A stretch of 64,000 bases of DNA from a virus (taxonomy: Duplodnaviria; Caudoviricetes). The position numbers and the translations under genes were made by a program. Location: positions 128,001-192,000 of the IMG/VR virus record IMGVR_UViG_3300033068_001989; one strand, given 5' to 3'. Below are positions 21,969-33,315 of this stretch, one piece after another. The notes under the pieces are model-generated. The model was not told where the DNA came from. It ran no database searches and saw nothing but the letters and a program-made list of their open reading frames with translations. How positions within the stretch are numbered: position 1 is the stretch's first letter; each line of letters begins with the position of its first letter.

Positions 21969-22982
21969 TTATATTTTTGGTGCTTTTATTAGCTCCTTTA
22001 TCTTTTTTTGATTTTTTATTATTGAATCCGCATCTTTCTGTAGCTCCTTAAAACTTTTTTTATCCTTGATGTTATATTTTTTCTTCGTTGAAGAGCTTAC
22101 TACAGTTGCAGCTTCTTCCGCGCACGGGTCGTCTTTCTCTGACCATATATCCTCATCAGATGTTTCTATCTGCAATTTTCTTAGATTCTCTCTAAATTTT
22201 CTAACTGCTTCTGGTACTTGTTTTGACGGTTCAGCTTCTCTATCTATTAATATCATAGATTCAGCTTCACTTCCTGGTTTATATTTTACAGCTTCTGATC
22301 CCTTTTTTCCATTAATAACACCTTCTATAGCATCGAGTCCTCTTTTCACTACCTTATCCATATCCTTCTGTGCTATCTCAAAATCTCTCATCTCTGCATT
22401 TTTAATTTCGACGAGTACTTCTATTGCTTTAGCTACTAGATCATTACCAGTTGATAAATATTCATTAGATTCGAATCCCTCGTTGTTCTTTCCTAAAAAT
22501 TCTCTAACCCAAGTATCGAGTGCTCCTCCGCCGCCTCTTTGTATTATCTTATCTAGTTTATCTGATATTTCATCTAGCTGTTTTTTTCTTCCCTCCTCTA
22601 ATCCTCCATTTTTTTCATATTTGAATTTATTTGTCATCTCCTGCTCACCTGCTTCAGAAATTATAGACTGTACTGTTTTTATAGATTGCTGTAGAAATGT
22701 TATCATTTCTGCACCAGATTCCTTAGCTCTTTTATATAGATCAGTACCTTGCAAACTTCTGAGAACGCTATCTATTGTATTTGCAGCATCAAAAATTGCA
22801 GTTTGTAATATCTCGGCTCTGTATAATTGATCTTGTACCTGTGTATTATATGCTGGCTTTTCTCCTTTATCTAATACCGTACCCGACATTGCTCCTTGTC
22901 CAACTCCGCTAGCCCACTGTCTTGCTTGATTTAACCAAGATCCGAAGCTCTCATTTATTATTTTATTTCTAGTATCCGACAT
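21969..22982 (-). CDS. Hypothetical, probable internal virion protein
   Basis: N-terminal IINES motif; helical composition. Confidence 0.55.
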   Translation of the reverse strand: MSDTRNKIINESFGSWLNQARQWASGVGQGAMSGTVLDKGEKPAYNTQVQDQLYRAEILQTAIFDAANTIDSVLRSLQGTDLYKRAKESGAEMITFLQQSIKTVQSIISEAGEQEMTNKFKYEKNGGLEEGRKKQLDEISDKLDKIIQRGGGGALDTWVREFLGKNNEGFESNEYLSTGNDLVAKAIEVLVEIKNAEMRDFEIAQKDMDKVVKRGLDAIEGVINGKKGSEAVKYKPGSEAESMILIDREAEPSKQVPEAVRKFRENLRKLQIETSDEDIWSEKDDPCAEEAATVVSSSTKKKYNIKDKKSFKELQKDADSIIKNQKKIKELIKAPKI

Positions 22983-23711
22983 TTAATTTTTACCTAGTAT
23001 ATTTTTAGCTTCCTTAGTTATTATTTCAAGATATCTTTTACCTGATTTGCTATTTTCTTTCTCTTCAGATTCAGATTCCATATTTTGTAGACAAACAATA
23101 GCACCTTTTTTATAAACCTTTACTGCTTGCATATAATAATCCAAAGCTTTTCCTATCTTCATGAAATATAGTGAATTTGATTTAGTTAGTTTGGAATTTG
23201 CTTCGAGTCTTATTTCTTTAGCCTGCTCCTCGTACTGAGTATCACTTATTTTTTTGGTGTTTCTCTGTTGATCCAAATCCGTTATACTTTTTCTGAACGC
23301 ATCTAGAACCAATCCCTCCTGATCAAATGCATTTATTGACGATAGTTCACCTTTGCTTGCATTTTGCCAATCCCCACCTAGATAATCACTTATTTTTTCA
23401 ATTTCGTCCCATAGTTTTCTATGTGATTCGTATGTAGGTTTAACGTTTCCTGATATTGCAGTTATTCTATTAATACTAGTGTTTCCCTTATCTGGATTTA
23501 TAGGTGCTAAGTTAGTAGACATACTCTTGAGAACTGATGCTGCTTGAGTTAGAAATATAGTATACAATCCGGCCGAGTCATCACCTGTGTCCTGTTTAGG
23601 TATATTCATATTATCCCTATAAGTATCACCAGTTTTTGATGGCGTGTTTTGCTCTACTGGATCTCCTTTTTTCTCGTAGATTCTAAAATCGTGAAATTTC
23701 TTTATTTCCAT
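22983..23711 (-). CDS. Hypothetical, probable internal virion protein
   Basis: N-terminal IKKFHDFRIYE motif. Confidence 0.55.
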   Translation of the reverse strand: MEIKKFHDFRIYEKKGDPVEQNTPSKTGDTYRDNMNIPKQDTGDDSAGLYTIFLTQAASVLKSMSTNLAPINPDKGNTSINRITAISGNVKPTYESHRKLWDEIEKISDYLGGDWQNASKGELSSINAFDQEGLVLDAFRKSITDLDQQRNTKKISDTQYEEQAKEIRLEANSKLTKSNSLYFMKIGKALDYYMQAVKVYKKGAIVCLQNMESESEEKENSKSGKRYLEIITKEAKNILGKN

Positions 23712-25090
23712 TATTTACTCTTTCCGCTAACTATATCCTGTATTTTAGCTTGTATTTTTGGATCTGTCCAGTTTTTAACCATTGTTTGGAATTCTGGTGT
23801 TAATTTTTTACCATCATCGGTTGATTTTACTAGATCATCGCCGGTATTACCACCTATCAATTTAGCGACTCTTCTTATAGCTTCCTCTGTATTTTTTCCA
23901 TATCCTCCATCAGCTTTTATCTGTTGGCTATCCGGTAATATTGCATTAAGCTTTTCCTGGAAATCTTTTATCGCTTGATAATTAGAACCGCTTTTTTTAA
24001 GATTTTCCTTTTCTATATTACCTGATTTTATCTCTTTAAGATCTGAGGATGTATCTTCTTTCTTATCGCCCTCTTTCTTCTTAGCTTCGGCAGCAGCCTG
24101 CTTATTAACAAGCTCTGATGCTTTAGTTTTTATTTCCTTAGATTTATCTTCAACTGAGGTAAGACTGTCTGTTACTTCTTTATCTATTTTTATCTGAGAT
24201 GTGAATTTAGTTGTAGCGTCGTTCATTGAGCTTTGTATTTTTTCAACCTCTGCCGGTATTTCAGCTAATCTCTCTTTTCTCTCTCTCCTCTTCATTTTGT
24301 CCCATGTATCATCCTTGCTTAATTCATCAGATAATTTACTCATTGCATCAAATGCTGTTTTAGCAGCTTGTTTATATGTGCTATCTAGAGTTGTCTCCTC
24401 AACAGTTTTAAATTGGGCCATTTTCGGTGTTACTATCGTTGTTAGCAATTCGGATCTTCTTTCAGGGAATAGATTTTTATCAAATAATCCTTCATTTAAT
24501 TGTAATTCTTCTCTCCAAGCCTGGAATGATTCCTCCACTGGGGTTTTAGCTTTTTTAAGCTCAGCTGCAAGCTCTGTAACATATTTATTGATAGAATCAT
24601 CTATTCTTTTATTGATACCATCCAAAGATTTTTTCCCTTCCTCTGAAGTAACAAGAGTTGTGTACGATTTCTTTAATAAATCAGAAAATGCTGTAACGTC
24701 TCCACCGATTTGTGATTTATAATCGCCATTAAGTTTTTGAGATACTTTTTTAATTATATCCGCCATGGTATCACCTTTTTTAAGTGGATCTGTTTGTTGT
24801 GATATACTTTGAAGATCCGCAACTACATCGCTATATCCACCATCTATACCTGAAATTATAACGAAATAGATATCAATAAATGCGTTATATAACTGATCAC
24901 CAACTGATGTAGCTGCTGTTGGTGCATTATTGCTTTTGGCTGCATCTTTTTTATCAGCTGGTTCTACTGGTGCTGGTGTTGCTCCCGCAGCTGGTGCTGG
25001 TGTTGCTGGTGTTGCTGGTGTTGCTCCCGCAGCTGGTGTATCAGCTTCGAATATTTTTCCGTATGAATTAAAATCTAATACTCTTTTCAT
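23711..25090 (-). CDS. Virion protein with C-terminal peptidoglycan-binding domain
   Basis: IKDFQEKLN..IKADGGYGKNTEEAIR PG_binding_1-like; N-terminal VLDFNSYGKIFE; Pro/Ala/Thr linker. Confidence 0.6.
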   Translation of the reverse strand: MKRVLDFNSYGKIFEADTPAAGATPATPATPAPAAGATPAPVEPADKKDAAKSNNAPTAATSVGDQLYNAFIDIYFVIISGIDGGYSDVVADLQSISQQTDPLKKGDTMADIIKKVSQKLNGDYKSQIGGDVTAFSDLLKKSYTTLVTSEEGKKSLDGINKRIDDSINKYVTELAAELKKAKTPVEESFQAWREELQLNEGLFDKNLFPERRSELLTTIVTPKMAQFKTVEETTLDSTYKQAAKTAFDAMSKLSDELSKDDTWDKMKRRERKERLAEIPAEVEKIQSSMNDATTKFTSQIKIDKEVTDSLTSVEDKSKEIKTKASELVNKQAAAEAKKKEGDKKEDTSSDLKEIKSGNIEKENLKKSGSNYQAIKDFQEKLNAILPDSQQIKADGGYGKNTEEAIRRVAKLIGGNTGDDLVKSTDDGKKLTPEFQTMVKNWTDPKIQAKIQDIVSGKSK

Positions 25091-25226
25091 AATATAGTTT
25101 GTATTTTTTAATAGTATATATCAAAAAAAAAACACATAACTAAAGTTATGTGTTTTTGCTTATTATAGATTCCAATATCCCATTATTAGTAAATATTTCT
25201 ATTCGCTAAATTTCACATGCCTATTT

Positions 25227-26213
25227 TTAATTATTTTTATAATACTCGATCCAATGTGATATCATCTCGTCTAGCATCGTTTCGAATGTATAACTAGGGA
25301 GCCATCCTATTTCTTTTCTTAATTTAGTTGAATCACCTTTTAGATCCTCTAATTCTTCGGGTCTAAGGTATTTTTCGCTAGTCTCTACATAATCTTCCCA
25401 TCTAAGCTCCAATTTATCAAAAACATATTCAACCAATTCTTTAACAGTGTGTGATTCACCAGTGGAGCAAACAAAGTCTCCTGGTACATCCTGCTGTAAC
25501 ATCATCCACATAGCTTTAACGTAATCTTTTGCGTGACCCCAATCTCTAGACGCATTTAGATTGCCTAGAACGAGCTTTTTTTCAAGACCCAACTTAATCT
25601 CTACCGCTGTCTTTACAACCTTGTTAGTGACAAAATTAACACCTCTACGGGGTGATTCATGATTGAATAAGATACCATTGCTTATGAACATATCATAGGA
25701 ATTCCTATAATTTCTACAGATATTATAGGAAAATACTTTAGCACAGCCATATGGTGAAACTGGATTCATCTGTGTTGATTCCCTTTGATATCCATCCTGG
25801 TCTATCGTATTCCCAAACATTTCTGATGATGATGCCTGATATATTCTTATATTTTTATTATGTAATCTTATTGCTTCGAGTAGATTAAGCGTACCTATTC
25901 CTGTTGCTTGTGCAGTATATACCGGCTGATCGAATGATATTCTTACATGCGATTGTGCAGCTAGATTATAAACCTCAGATGGATCTGATATTTTTAATGC
26001 ATGAAGAAGTGAGGGTACATCTAGTAAATCTGCATAGATGAGATTATCCTTTATTTTATCATATATGGTATCAAGTCTGGATGTTTGATTTTCTGATACC
26101 GAGTTTCTTTTTATTGTACCAAATACTTCGTAACCCTTATCAATTAAAAATTCTGCAAGATAGCTACCATCCTGCCCATTTATACCTGTTATTAATGCTC
26201 TTGTTTTTTCCAT
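25227..26213 (-). CDS. gmd: GDP-mannose 4,6-dehydratase
   Basis: ALITGINGQDGSYLAE, YNLAAQSHV, QASSSE, SPYGCAK, FNHESPRRG, RDWGHA. Confidence 0.96.
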   Translation of the reverse strand: MEKTRALITGINGQDGSYLAEFLIDKGYEVFGTIKRNSVSENQTSRLDTIYDKIKDNLIYADLLDVPSLLHALKISDPSEVYNLAAQSHVRISFDQPVYTAQATGIGTLNLLEAIRLHNKNIRIYQASSSEMFGNTIDQDGYQRESTQMNPVSPYGCAKVFSYNICRNYRNSYDMFISNGILFNHESPRRGVNFVTNKVVKTAVEIKLGLEKKLVLGNLNASRDWGHAKDYVKAMWMMLQQDVPGDFVCSTGESHTVKELVEYVFDKLELRWEDYVETSEKYLRPEELEDLKGDSTKLRKEIGWLPSYTFETMLDEMISHWIEYYKNN

Positions 26214-26218
26214 GTATA

Positions 26219-27145
26219 TTATAGTCTAACTTTTGGATAGTTTTCATTGAACCACGATATGGATTTCTCAAGACCCTCTCTTATTGGGGTAAATTCGAAA
26301 TTTGGAAATATTTCTTTGATGACTGAATTATCACTAGGCTTCCTGTATTGTCCATCAGGTTTTGATTTATCGAATATAATTTCTCCGTCATATTCCATTA
26401 TATCTGCAATCATTTCAACAACGGATCCTATGGATATTTCCTCGGAGGTTGATAGTATAACTGGATCGGATCCATCGTAATTATCATAGAGCAATCTTGT
26501 TAATTTTGCAACATCCTCGGAGAATATAAATTCTCTTAGAGGTCTACCTGAACCCCAAACTTTAAATTCTGTTTTATTCTTTTTTGCAAGATACATCTTA
26601 TGTATAAGCATCGGTATAACATGGCCAGACTCGAGATTGTAATTATCGGAAGGTCCATAGATATTGCATGGGATCACACTAAAATAATTAACACCATATT
26701 GCTCTCTATATGATTTTATCTGTATATCAGCCATTCTTTTTGCATATGCATAAGCATAGTTTGACGGATGTGGTGGACCCAGATGTATTTTATCTGGTGA
26801 TAGTGGATATTCAACATTATCTGGAAAAACACACGTTGAAAGGAATGCAATAAATTTTTTTATTCCAAAATTTCGGGCAGAATCTATTATTGCTGTGTTC
26901 ATTGATATATTCTCATAGAAGAACTGTCCTTGGCCGTTCATATTACCTTGTATACCTCCTACCTTTGCTGCGCAATGAATTATACCCTCCGGTAAATCAC
27001 CAATTTTTTCAGACCAGTAGAAATGCTCATCTATGTATTTTTGATTGAGTAGGTTTAGATCGCTTGAACCGATTCTTTCATATTCTGTTCCTTTAAATTG
27101 TGAACCAACCAGGCCATATGCTCCTGTTACTAATATTTTTCCCAT
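26219..27145 (-). CDS. fcl: GDP-L-fucose synthase
   Basis: AAKVGGI, YAYAKR, PCNIYGP, WGSGRPLREF, KPDG motifs. Confidence 0.92.
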   Translation of the reverse strand: MGKILVTGAYGLVGSQFKGTEYERIGSSDLNLLNQKYIDEHFYWSEKIGDLPEGIIHCAAKVGGIQGNMNGQGQFFYENISMNTAIIDSARNFGIKKFIAFLSTCVFPDNVEYPLSPDKIHLGPPHPSNYAYAYAKRMADIQIKSYREQYGVNYFSVIPCNIYGPSDNYNLESGHVIPMLIHKMYLAKKNKTEFKVWGSGRPLREFIFSEDVAKLTRLLYDNYDGSDPVILSTSEEISIGSVVEMIADIMEYDGEIIFDKSKPDGQYRKPSDNSVIKEIFPNFEFTPIREGLEKSISWFNENYPKVRL

Positions 27146-27958
27146 TTACATTTTTTTATATTTTCTTATATAATCCTGATTTGTATAATATTCAAGAGTT
27201 TCGTGCATATTTAATGTTTCCAGATAATTATAGATGTCCCAATTTTCTCTAAAGAAATTATTAGCAGGACTGCTATCATTTCCCCTATGATGTTCTAGAT
27301 GATATACCATAAAATGATCAACCCACCTTACATTTAATCCAAGTTTAATGAATCTTTTCCCTCTCTCTTTGTCTTCCGGTCCATATGATATGAAGTTTTC
27401 ATTTTCACCTCCATATGCTCTATATGAATTTGTATTAAAGAATATGCAATGTCCGTATTCCGTATAAAAATCTGAAAATAATGAGGGGTCTGAATCTATA
27501 TAGTCCAGATTTAGATCGTTGTTGAATAGATTTTCGTGTATGTTTGGTGTTTGTAAAACTGTTCTTTGTGTCATTCCACCGAAAGAATAAGGATACAGTA
27601 CATCTACGTTTTCTTCTAGTATCATTCTGACCGATTCTGTATACACTTCTGGTTTCATCAGAACGTCTATATCATAATTAGCAACTACCGGGGTTTCCAC
27701 TGAATCTAACATTATATTTAGATATTTTGTTCTATGAAATGCTTCCTCTGGTTTCTCTACCCAGTGCTTTATTTCTATATTCTTAAGGGTATCTAGAAAA
27801 TCTAATCTGGATTCATTATCTGATACCTCATAGATAAAAACATTCGTATTGAAATTCTTGTTTATATAATTTAGAACAGTTTTTGCATTATTATATCTGT
27901 CCTTATGTTCTATTAATATTGGTATAATAATAGTACAGTTTTTTAAATCTCTAACCAT
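27146..27958 (-). CDS. Glycosyltransferase (GT2/GT7C-like)
   Basis: YDID DxD motif, GGENENFISYGPED, YHLEH. Confidence 0.75.
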   Translation of the reverse strand: MVRDLKNCTIIIPILIEHKDRYNNAKTVLNYINKNFNTNVFIYEVSDNESRLDFLDTLKNIEIKHWVEKPEEAFHRTKYLNIMLDSVETPVVANYDIDVLMKPEVYTESVRMILEENVDVLYPYSFGGMTQRTVLQTPNIHENLFNNDLNLDYIDSDPSLFSDFYTEYGHCIFFNTNSYRAYGGENENFISYGPEDKERGKRFIKLGLNVRWVDHFMVYHLEHHRGNDSSPANNFFRENWDIYNYLETLNMHETLEYYTNQDYIRKYKKM

Positions 27959-28667
27959 TTCTCAATTCTCTTTTTTTGTCCTCGCCTCCCTTATCAAGAA
28001 AGACTATAGTTGGGGTATTACCATATTCATATTCGCTTGGACAGGAAAATCCTATACCTAATATTCTATCCGGTTTATTATCCATGAAATATTTATTTAG
28101 ATGTGATTCATCATGCCATATAGCTATTATACCATCCTCCAGATCTAGATCTATATTTTTACTAATTTTTTCGGACATTTCTATAAATGATTTCGAATCA
28201 GCACCAAAAAATCCACCGCAATAGTAATGCTCATTTTTACCAGTTTCTATAAATGCTCTGGATTTAGGATTTCTTTCAGGTGTTCCCTGTGGGTTCCAGG
28301 ATATTAGTGTAAATCCAGGATGTAGGGTACCTATGGTTCCATTATCTCCACTTATCATATCGGATAATGGTAGTTGTTTTCTGAATATGCTATCAACATC
28401 TATATAAAACGAAAAGTCGGATTTTTCTATCGTTTCCCTACCTAAAAGAAAATAGTGGAATCTTTTCAATGTCGGCATTGGCCAAGGCTCTCTAGATATT
28501 TCAACTTTTTCTATATCTTGTGAATCCGTGATATCTTGTGAATCCGTGTATATTATAAAACTTAATTCGCAATCATTAACAAACATATCTCTTGCTGATT
28601 TGATAATATCATCTAGAAATAGCGTATATTTATTTGTTGCTATAAGATTTAGAGTAACTTTTTTCAT
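27951..28667 (-). CDS. GT6 (ABO-like) alpha-1,3-Gal/GalNAc transferase
   Basis: IATNKY, WP.PTLKRF, DVD, YYCGGFFG, WHDESHLNKYF GT6 motifs. Confidence 0.9.
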   Translation of the reverse strand: MKKVTLNLIATNKYTLFLDDIIKSARDMFVNDCELSFIIYTDSQDITDSQDIEKVEISREPWPMPTLKRFHYFLLGRETIEKSDFSFYIDVDSIFRKQLPLSDMISGDNGTIGTLHPGFTLISWNPQGTPERNPKSRAFIETGKNEHYYCGGFFGADSKSFIEMSEKISKNIDLDLEDGIIAIWHDESHLNKYFMDNKPDRILGIGFSCPSEYEYGNTPTIVFLDKGGEDKKRELRNG

Positions 28668-28710
28668 TTACTTTTTATCTTTATAGTAATAATCGGGTAA
28701 ATTATTTCCA

Positions 28711-29151
28711 CTATATTTTGTATTTCTCTATAAAATCACTACAAACACCGGAACATCCATCTATTGGATCCTGATTAATTTCTGGCATTACAGCTATGCT
28801 ATTCCTTATCGGTTGTTTCCCAGGATATGCCCAAATATGGTTATGACTTGTTAATGTTAACGTATCTTCTTCGTGCCAAAAATAATTTACATCATAACCA
28901 CATTCTTTAAAAAACACTACGGCTTCAACGTTCTTACAGTGGACCCAAAGTTTAGATAACCTATCACGAATAAATCTAAAATCGATATCATAATCTGGTT
29001 TATCATGACCCAGCCACAACATATTGTCTTTAAACCAAACATCAATTTCAACATCATATCCTTTTTTTATAGCTAAATCGATGTACGTTGGCTCATTCTC
29101 CCATGACTCAAATTTACCATTAATATTACCCCTATGTGCGATTAATATCAT
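28711..29151 (-). CDS. Glycerophosphodiester phosphodiesterase-like protein
   Basis: IAHRG, EN, DVEIDVW, GHD motifs. Confidence 0.75.
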   Translation of the reverse strand: MILIAHRGNINGKFESWENEPTYIDLAIKKGYDVEIDVWFKDNMLWLGHDKPDYDIDFRFIRDRLSKLWVHCKNVEAVVFFKECGYDVNYFWHEEDTLTLTSHNHIWAYPGKQPIRNSIAVMPEINQDPIDGCSGVCSDFIEKYKI

Positions 29152-30119
29152 ATCTTGTTTATTAAATTTAATTTATAATATTCCTCTATTTCTTTTTGAT
29201 AGATTCTATGTGGAGTGTTTATTGTGTTATATGCCATATGTAGGCAGAATCCATTCCTTATGAAAACCATATTCAGATTATTTTTTTCCATGTATAGATT
29301 AAGAGGAACCTCGTCGTAGGGATCTCTAAAAAGGGATTTATCGTTGATTATTTTTTTCCACGTATCTGTTTTTATAAAATAAAAACTGTTACAGAAATAT
29401 GGGAATTTTAATTTTTCTAGTCTATAATTATTTGGCCCCATTAATTTTAATGGTTCCCCGCAGATATATTCAGCTAATTTATTATGTGCTTCTATTGATA
29501 CCCTAACTGGATGTATTCCCTTATAATAATGATCTATTTTATAGATATCTTCATAGAATTCATAATTCCATTTTTTTCTAATTTTATTCAGGGATTCGTA
29601 ATTTGCACCCCACATATTATCTATTTTTGTTTTTATAAATATCTGGTGCATTTCATTTTTTTGTTCATCTGTACAAAAGTCCTCTATGAATAGATCAACA
29701 GAAGGAATACCGTTTGATATAAGTGGAGATACGAACAGATTGGAGTTATCGTCTAGAATTTCGAGATTATCTATTATATAATCCCATACATGTGACGATA
29801 TTAGTATATCATCATCCATGGAACAAGAATATTTATATTCGGAATTTGCAAGATGTTCTATCTTGCTCATATAATTGGTTCCTATCTCATCTCTCTTGTC
29901 TATGCATATCGAATTTGAACTTATACCTAATCTTACAAATTCGGAAGATTCTGTTTCCCATATGCTACTTTCTTGAATATTAGAAAAACATATAACAACA
30001 TATATTTTTTTATTATTTCTTATTTTTCTAATCTCATTCAGTGATTTTCTTGTAAATTCTATTCTATCTGTATTATGAGCTAGTATATTTATTTGTAACA
30101 TTTTTTCCATATTATTCAT
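29148..30119 (-). CDS. GT-A fold glycosyltransferase-like protein
   Basis: MDDDI motif, DEVP; paralog of 30112..31152. Confidence 0.6.
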   Translation of the reverse strand: MNNMEKMLQINILAHNTDRIEFTRKSLNEIRKIRNNKKIYVVICFSNIQESSIWETESSEFVRLGISSNSICIDKRDEIGTNYMSKIEHLANSEYKYSCSMDDDILISSHVWDYIIDNLEILDDNSNLFVSPLISNGIPSVDLFIEDFCTDEQKNEMHQIFIKTKIDNMWGANYESLNKIRKKWNYEFYEDIYKIDHYYKGIHPVRVSIEAHNKLAEYICGEPLKLMGPNNYRLEKLKFPYFCNSFYFIKTDTWKKIINDKSLFRDPYDEVPLNLYMEKNNLNMVFIRNGFCLHMAYNTINTPHRIYQKEIEEYYKLNLINKI

Positions 30120-31152
30120 ATAAGGATTTTATAAAATCCATCTCGTATAAATCTAACGAGTTTTCCGGCTTCTCTATGTTACTTCCACCGTCTACCTCAT
30201 TTAGATACCATCTCCAGTTATATGTCATATGGATTGCATAACCGCCTCTGATTATTATATGATTAAGATTGTTGATCCATGAGAATCTATTGATTGGTAC
30301 CTCGTCACACCCATCAATTATAAGATTCTCGTGATTTATTATTTTATCATATTTGTCAGTTCTTATAACAAAACACATATCACAAAGATATGTTGAATAT
30401 TCTGCTCTAATTGGTTTGCAATCTTTAGAGGCAAAGAATTTTTCCCTGTTATTTATAATTCCATCATTTATGAGCTTATTACCAAATCCATGTCTTACTG
30501 GGTGCATTCCCTTATAAAATTTACAGTAGTTATTTATTGTTCTCCCATTACCTATATCGGTAAGCCCATCCATGTAAGAATTAATGGACCTATAATAATT
30601 TATATAATCCCATGGTTCTTGACTATTTACTGTGTGCTGATTTAATGGAGTATAATCCATTATTCCATCCTGTACCTGAAATACACATCTACTGAATTCC
30701 CTCCTTATTTCGTTAGCATATTCAGGATCAAAAAAATCATCTATAAAATATTCAACCGATGGTATTCCTGTTGAGATCGTAGGTGATAATGTTAGTGTTG
30801 AGTCGTCATTCAGAAGTTCGCATTCTTGAATTATATAATCCATTGTATATGCTGGAACTATTACATCATTATCAAATTTCATGATGTATTTATACCCATT
30901 AGTTTTTGCATAGTCTATAGCATATCTAACTTTTGGTAGATAATTACTTTGCGGACATTCAACTCCTGCCAAATCATAATCTAGCCCACTATTTCTGAGC
31001 TCGTTGTCATAGAATGAAAGATCGTTACTAGAATTAACTATTAATATTTTTACATCCTCTTTATTTTTCATCTTTTTAATTTCATCAATAAACTTTCCAA
31101 ATACAAAGTATCTGTCATTGCTTGTTAGATAAAATATTAATAATTTATTCAT
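30112..31152 (-). CDS. GT-A fold glycosyltransferase-like protein
   Basis: FDNDV motif; GIPSV, YKGMHPVR and DEVP shared with its neighbour. Confidence 0.6.
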   Translation of the reverse strand: MNKLLIFYLTSNDRYFVFGKFIDEIKKMKNKEDVKILIVNSSNDLSFYDNELRNSGLDYDLAGVECPQSNYLPKVRYAIDYAKTNGYKYIMKFDNDVIVPAYTMDYIIQECELLNDDSTLTLSPTISTGIPSVEYFIDDFFDPEYANEIRREFSRCVFQVQDGIMDYTPLNQHTVNSQEPWDYINYYRSINSYMDGLTDIGNGRTINNYCKFYKGMHPVRHGFGNKLINDGIINNREKFFASKDCKPIRAEYSTYLCDMCFVIRTDKYDKIINHENLIIDGCDEVPINRFSWINNLNHIIIRGGYAIHMTYNWRWYLNEVDGGSNIEKPENSLDLYEMDFIKSLYE

Positions 31153-31165
31153 TTTATAATGCTAT

Positions 31166-32533
31166 TTATTGTTTATGATTTTCTAAGTAATAATCTAAAT
31201 CCTCAGGAGTTCCCAATCCCCACATACCGCTTGTATTGAAGGTTCTTATTATTAATCCTCTTTCGATTGCTTGATTGAAAACTGGACAAACGTAAAATTC
31301 ATTATTTATTCTGATATTCTTGTCTATCATCTCCTCTGCGCAGCTTACAAAATCTGAACCTCTCTTCCAATAGTAATAGCCAACCGTTGCTATATCCGAT
31401 ATTGGATTTTTTTCTGCTACCTCTGTAACTATTCCAGCTTCATCTATTTTTGCAAATGACCATTTAGGATGTGTAGCCGTAAATGTAACTATTCCTCCAT
31501 CGGAGTTGGTTTCATTCATTTTATACATAAATTCATTGGAATCCCATTCAACGAATTGATCTGAATTTGCAAAAAATAATGGTGAATCATTATTTATGTA
31601 ATTTTTTGCTAATAGACTCGTACATGCTGCACCCTCAGTTATTCCGTCAGTTTCAACTATTGTACATCCTGGTGTTATTAAATTAAGAAGCGTGTCAAGA
31701 TTGTATTTTTCTCTATGGCTTTTCTGTACTATATAGATATAATTTGCATCTATATTTAAGTTCTCTACCACGAGTTGTATCATTGGCTTTTTATTAACCT
31801 CTATTAGTGGCTTGGGAAATGTATATCCCGCTTTTTCGAATCTGCTTCCTGCCCCTGCCATAGGTATTAATACATTTAGCCTCTCGTCCTTCCATTTTGG
31901 GGTACTCTTCATAATTTCTGTATTTAATTTATTTTTAATTCTGTTGTATGTTACATCAGCTGGAGAATTTACCCTAAGTACATCCGCTCTGCTTCTTGAT
32001 GCTGCTAATAATCCATATGGTGAATCCTCTATTATTAGGGTTTCCTCTGGTAGAAATCCTAATTTTGACATAGCACTCCAATATATCTCTGGGTGTGGTT
32101 TGCTATTAGAAACATCCTCGTTTGATAAAATAAGATCAAAATATCCTATTATACCCAACTTTGATAATACTATTAATATTGTTTTTCTTATGCTGTTTGA
32201 ACATACTGCAAGTTTATAGCCATCAGAAACCAATTTTTCCATGCAAGATTTTAAATCCTCGGATTCTCTAAGGTTTGATAATTCTAAAGCTGTATATTTT
32301 TGCTTATCCTCCCATATCTTTTTATAACTATCAATAGGAAGACCCTTTTTTTCGGTTAACATTTCTAGTTTTTGTATTGTCTTAAGTCCATCATATATTG
32401 AAAGATGCTCATTCCAATCTATCGAATATTCCTCACCGAGAGCTTTGTTTAAAGACTCGTAATGAATATTTTTTGCCTCGACTATTACTCCGTCGAGGTC
32501 AAATATTATTAGTTTTCTCATATTTGATTTCAT
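31166..32533 (-). CDS. HAD phosphatase fused to sugar nucleotidyltransferase
   Basis: FDLDGV, KPHP, EDS HAD motifs; IPMAGAGSRF..PKPLI NTP-transferase motif. Confidence 0.88.
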   Translation of the reverse strand: MKSNMRKLIIFDLDGVIVEAKNIHYESLNKALGEEYSIDWNEHLSIYDGLKTIQKLEMLTEKKGLPIDSYKKIWEDKQKYTALELSNLRESEDLKSCMEKLVSDGYKLAVCSNSIRKTILIVLSKLGIIGYFDLILSNEDVSNSKPHPEIYWSAMSKLGFLPEETLIIEDSPYGLLAASRSRADVLRVNSPADVTYNRIKNKLNTEIMKSTPKWKDERLNVLIPMAGAGSRFEKAGYTFPKPLIEVNKKPMIQLVVENLNIDANYIYIVQKSHREKYNLDTLLNLITPGCTIVETDGITEGAACTSLLAKNYINNDSPLFFANSDQFVEWDSNEFMYKMNETNSDGGIVTFTATHPKWSFAKIDEAGIVTEVAEKNPISDIATVGYYYWKRGSDFVSCAEEMIDKNIRINNEFYVCPVFNQAIERGLIIRTFNTSGMWGLGTPEDLDYYLENHKQ

Positions 32534-33315
32534 CTATATTTTAAATATTCATAATTTTCAGATTTTGATTCTAGTGGTCTTGATTCATTCCCGCTATGTA
32601 GATCATTCGGCTTAAAAAAATCATGAGGAAAAAATTTATACTTGAGAGAAAGTATATTGCACTTAGGATTCATGACATATTTTAAACTATGGACGTTTTT
32701 TCCGTTTTGTATTAATTCATCCCTATTTTTTAACCACATTGGTGGAAATCCACCAATCACTCGCTTGCTCCATTCGATATCCTCACCTTCTCCCCAATAG
32801 AAATCCTCATTTAATGGATATTTGCACATTATTGATTTTTTAGCAACCCAAAAATAACCAGGTATATACATGCCACTCGAACCTTCGTAATCATATGGAA
32901 GAAGGACATTCCCGTAAACTCGATCGTCAGGTAATCCCATCCAGTCTAACATTCTTGATCCGTCTTGATTTTTTATGGAGTTCATGCATATATCCCAATC
33001 AGTTCCAAATTCTAGAAATTCTTGATACCAATTGGCATCGAGAATTAGGTAATCATGCATGTATACTATATTATCATACTTTGCTTCCGTAGTTATTATA
33101 TTTTTTTTCTTCGTTATCCACATATTTCTTAATGATTCGTCAAAAGGAATAATTCTTATATTATTGCTTTCCATTAAAGAACAGTTTCCAATTATTATTA
33201 TTTCATACGAATCGCTGGGTATACATTGGTTCTCTATACTTCTTATTATATCATTAAGATACGATTGTGTGTTTTCTGTTGTTATTATCCCAAATGTTAT
33301 TTTCATTTTATCCAT
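32530..33315 (-). CDS. GT2-like glycosyltransferase
   Basis: TFGIIT, YEIIIIG, YMHDY, WGEGEDIEWS. Confidence 0.75.
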   Translation of the reverse strand: MDKMKITFGIITTENTQSYLNDIIRSIENQCIPSDSYEIIIIGNCSLMESNNIRIIPFDESLRNMWITKKKNIITTEAKYDNIVYMHDYLILDANWYQEFLEFGTDWDICMNSIKNQDGSRMLDWMGLPDDRVYGNVLLPYDYEGSSGMYIPGYFWVAKKSIMCKYPLNEDFYWGEGEDIEWSKRVIGGFPPMWLKNRDELIQNGKNVHSLKYVMNPKCNILSLKYKFFPHDFFKPNDLHSGNESRPLESKSENYEYLKYR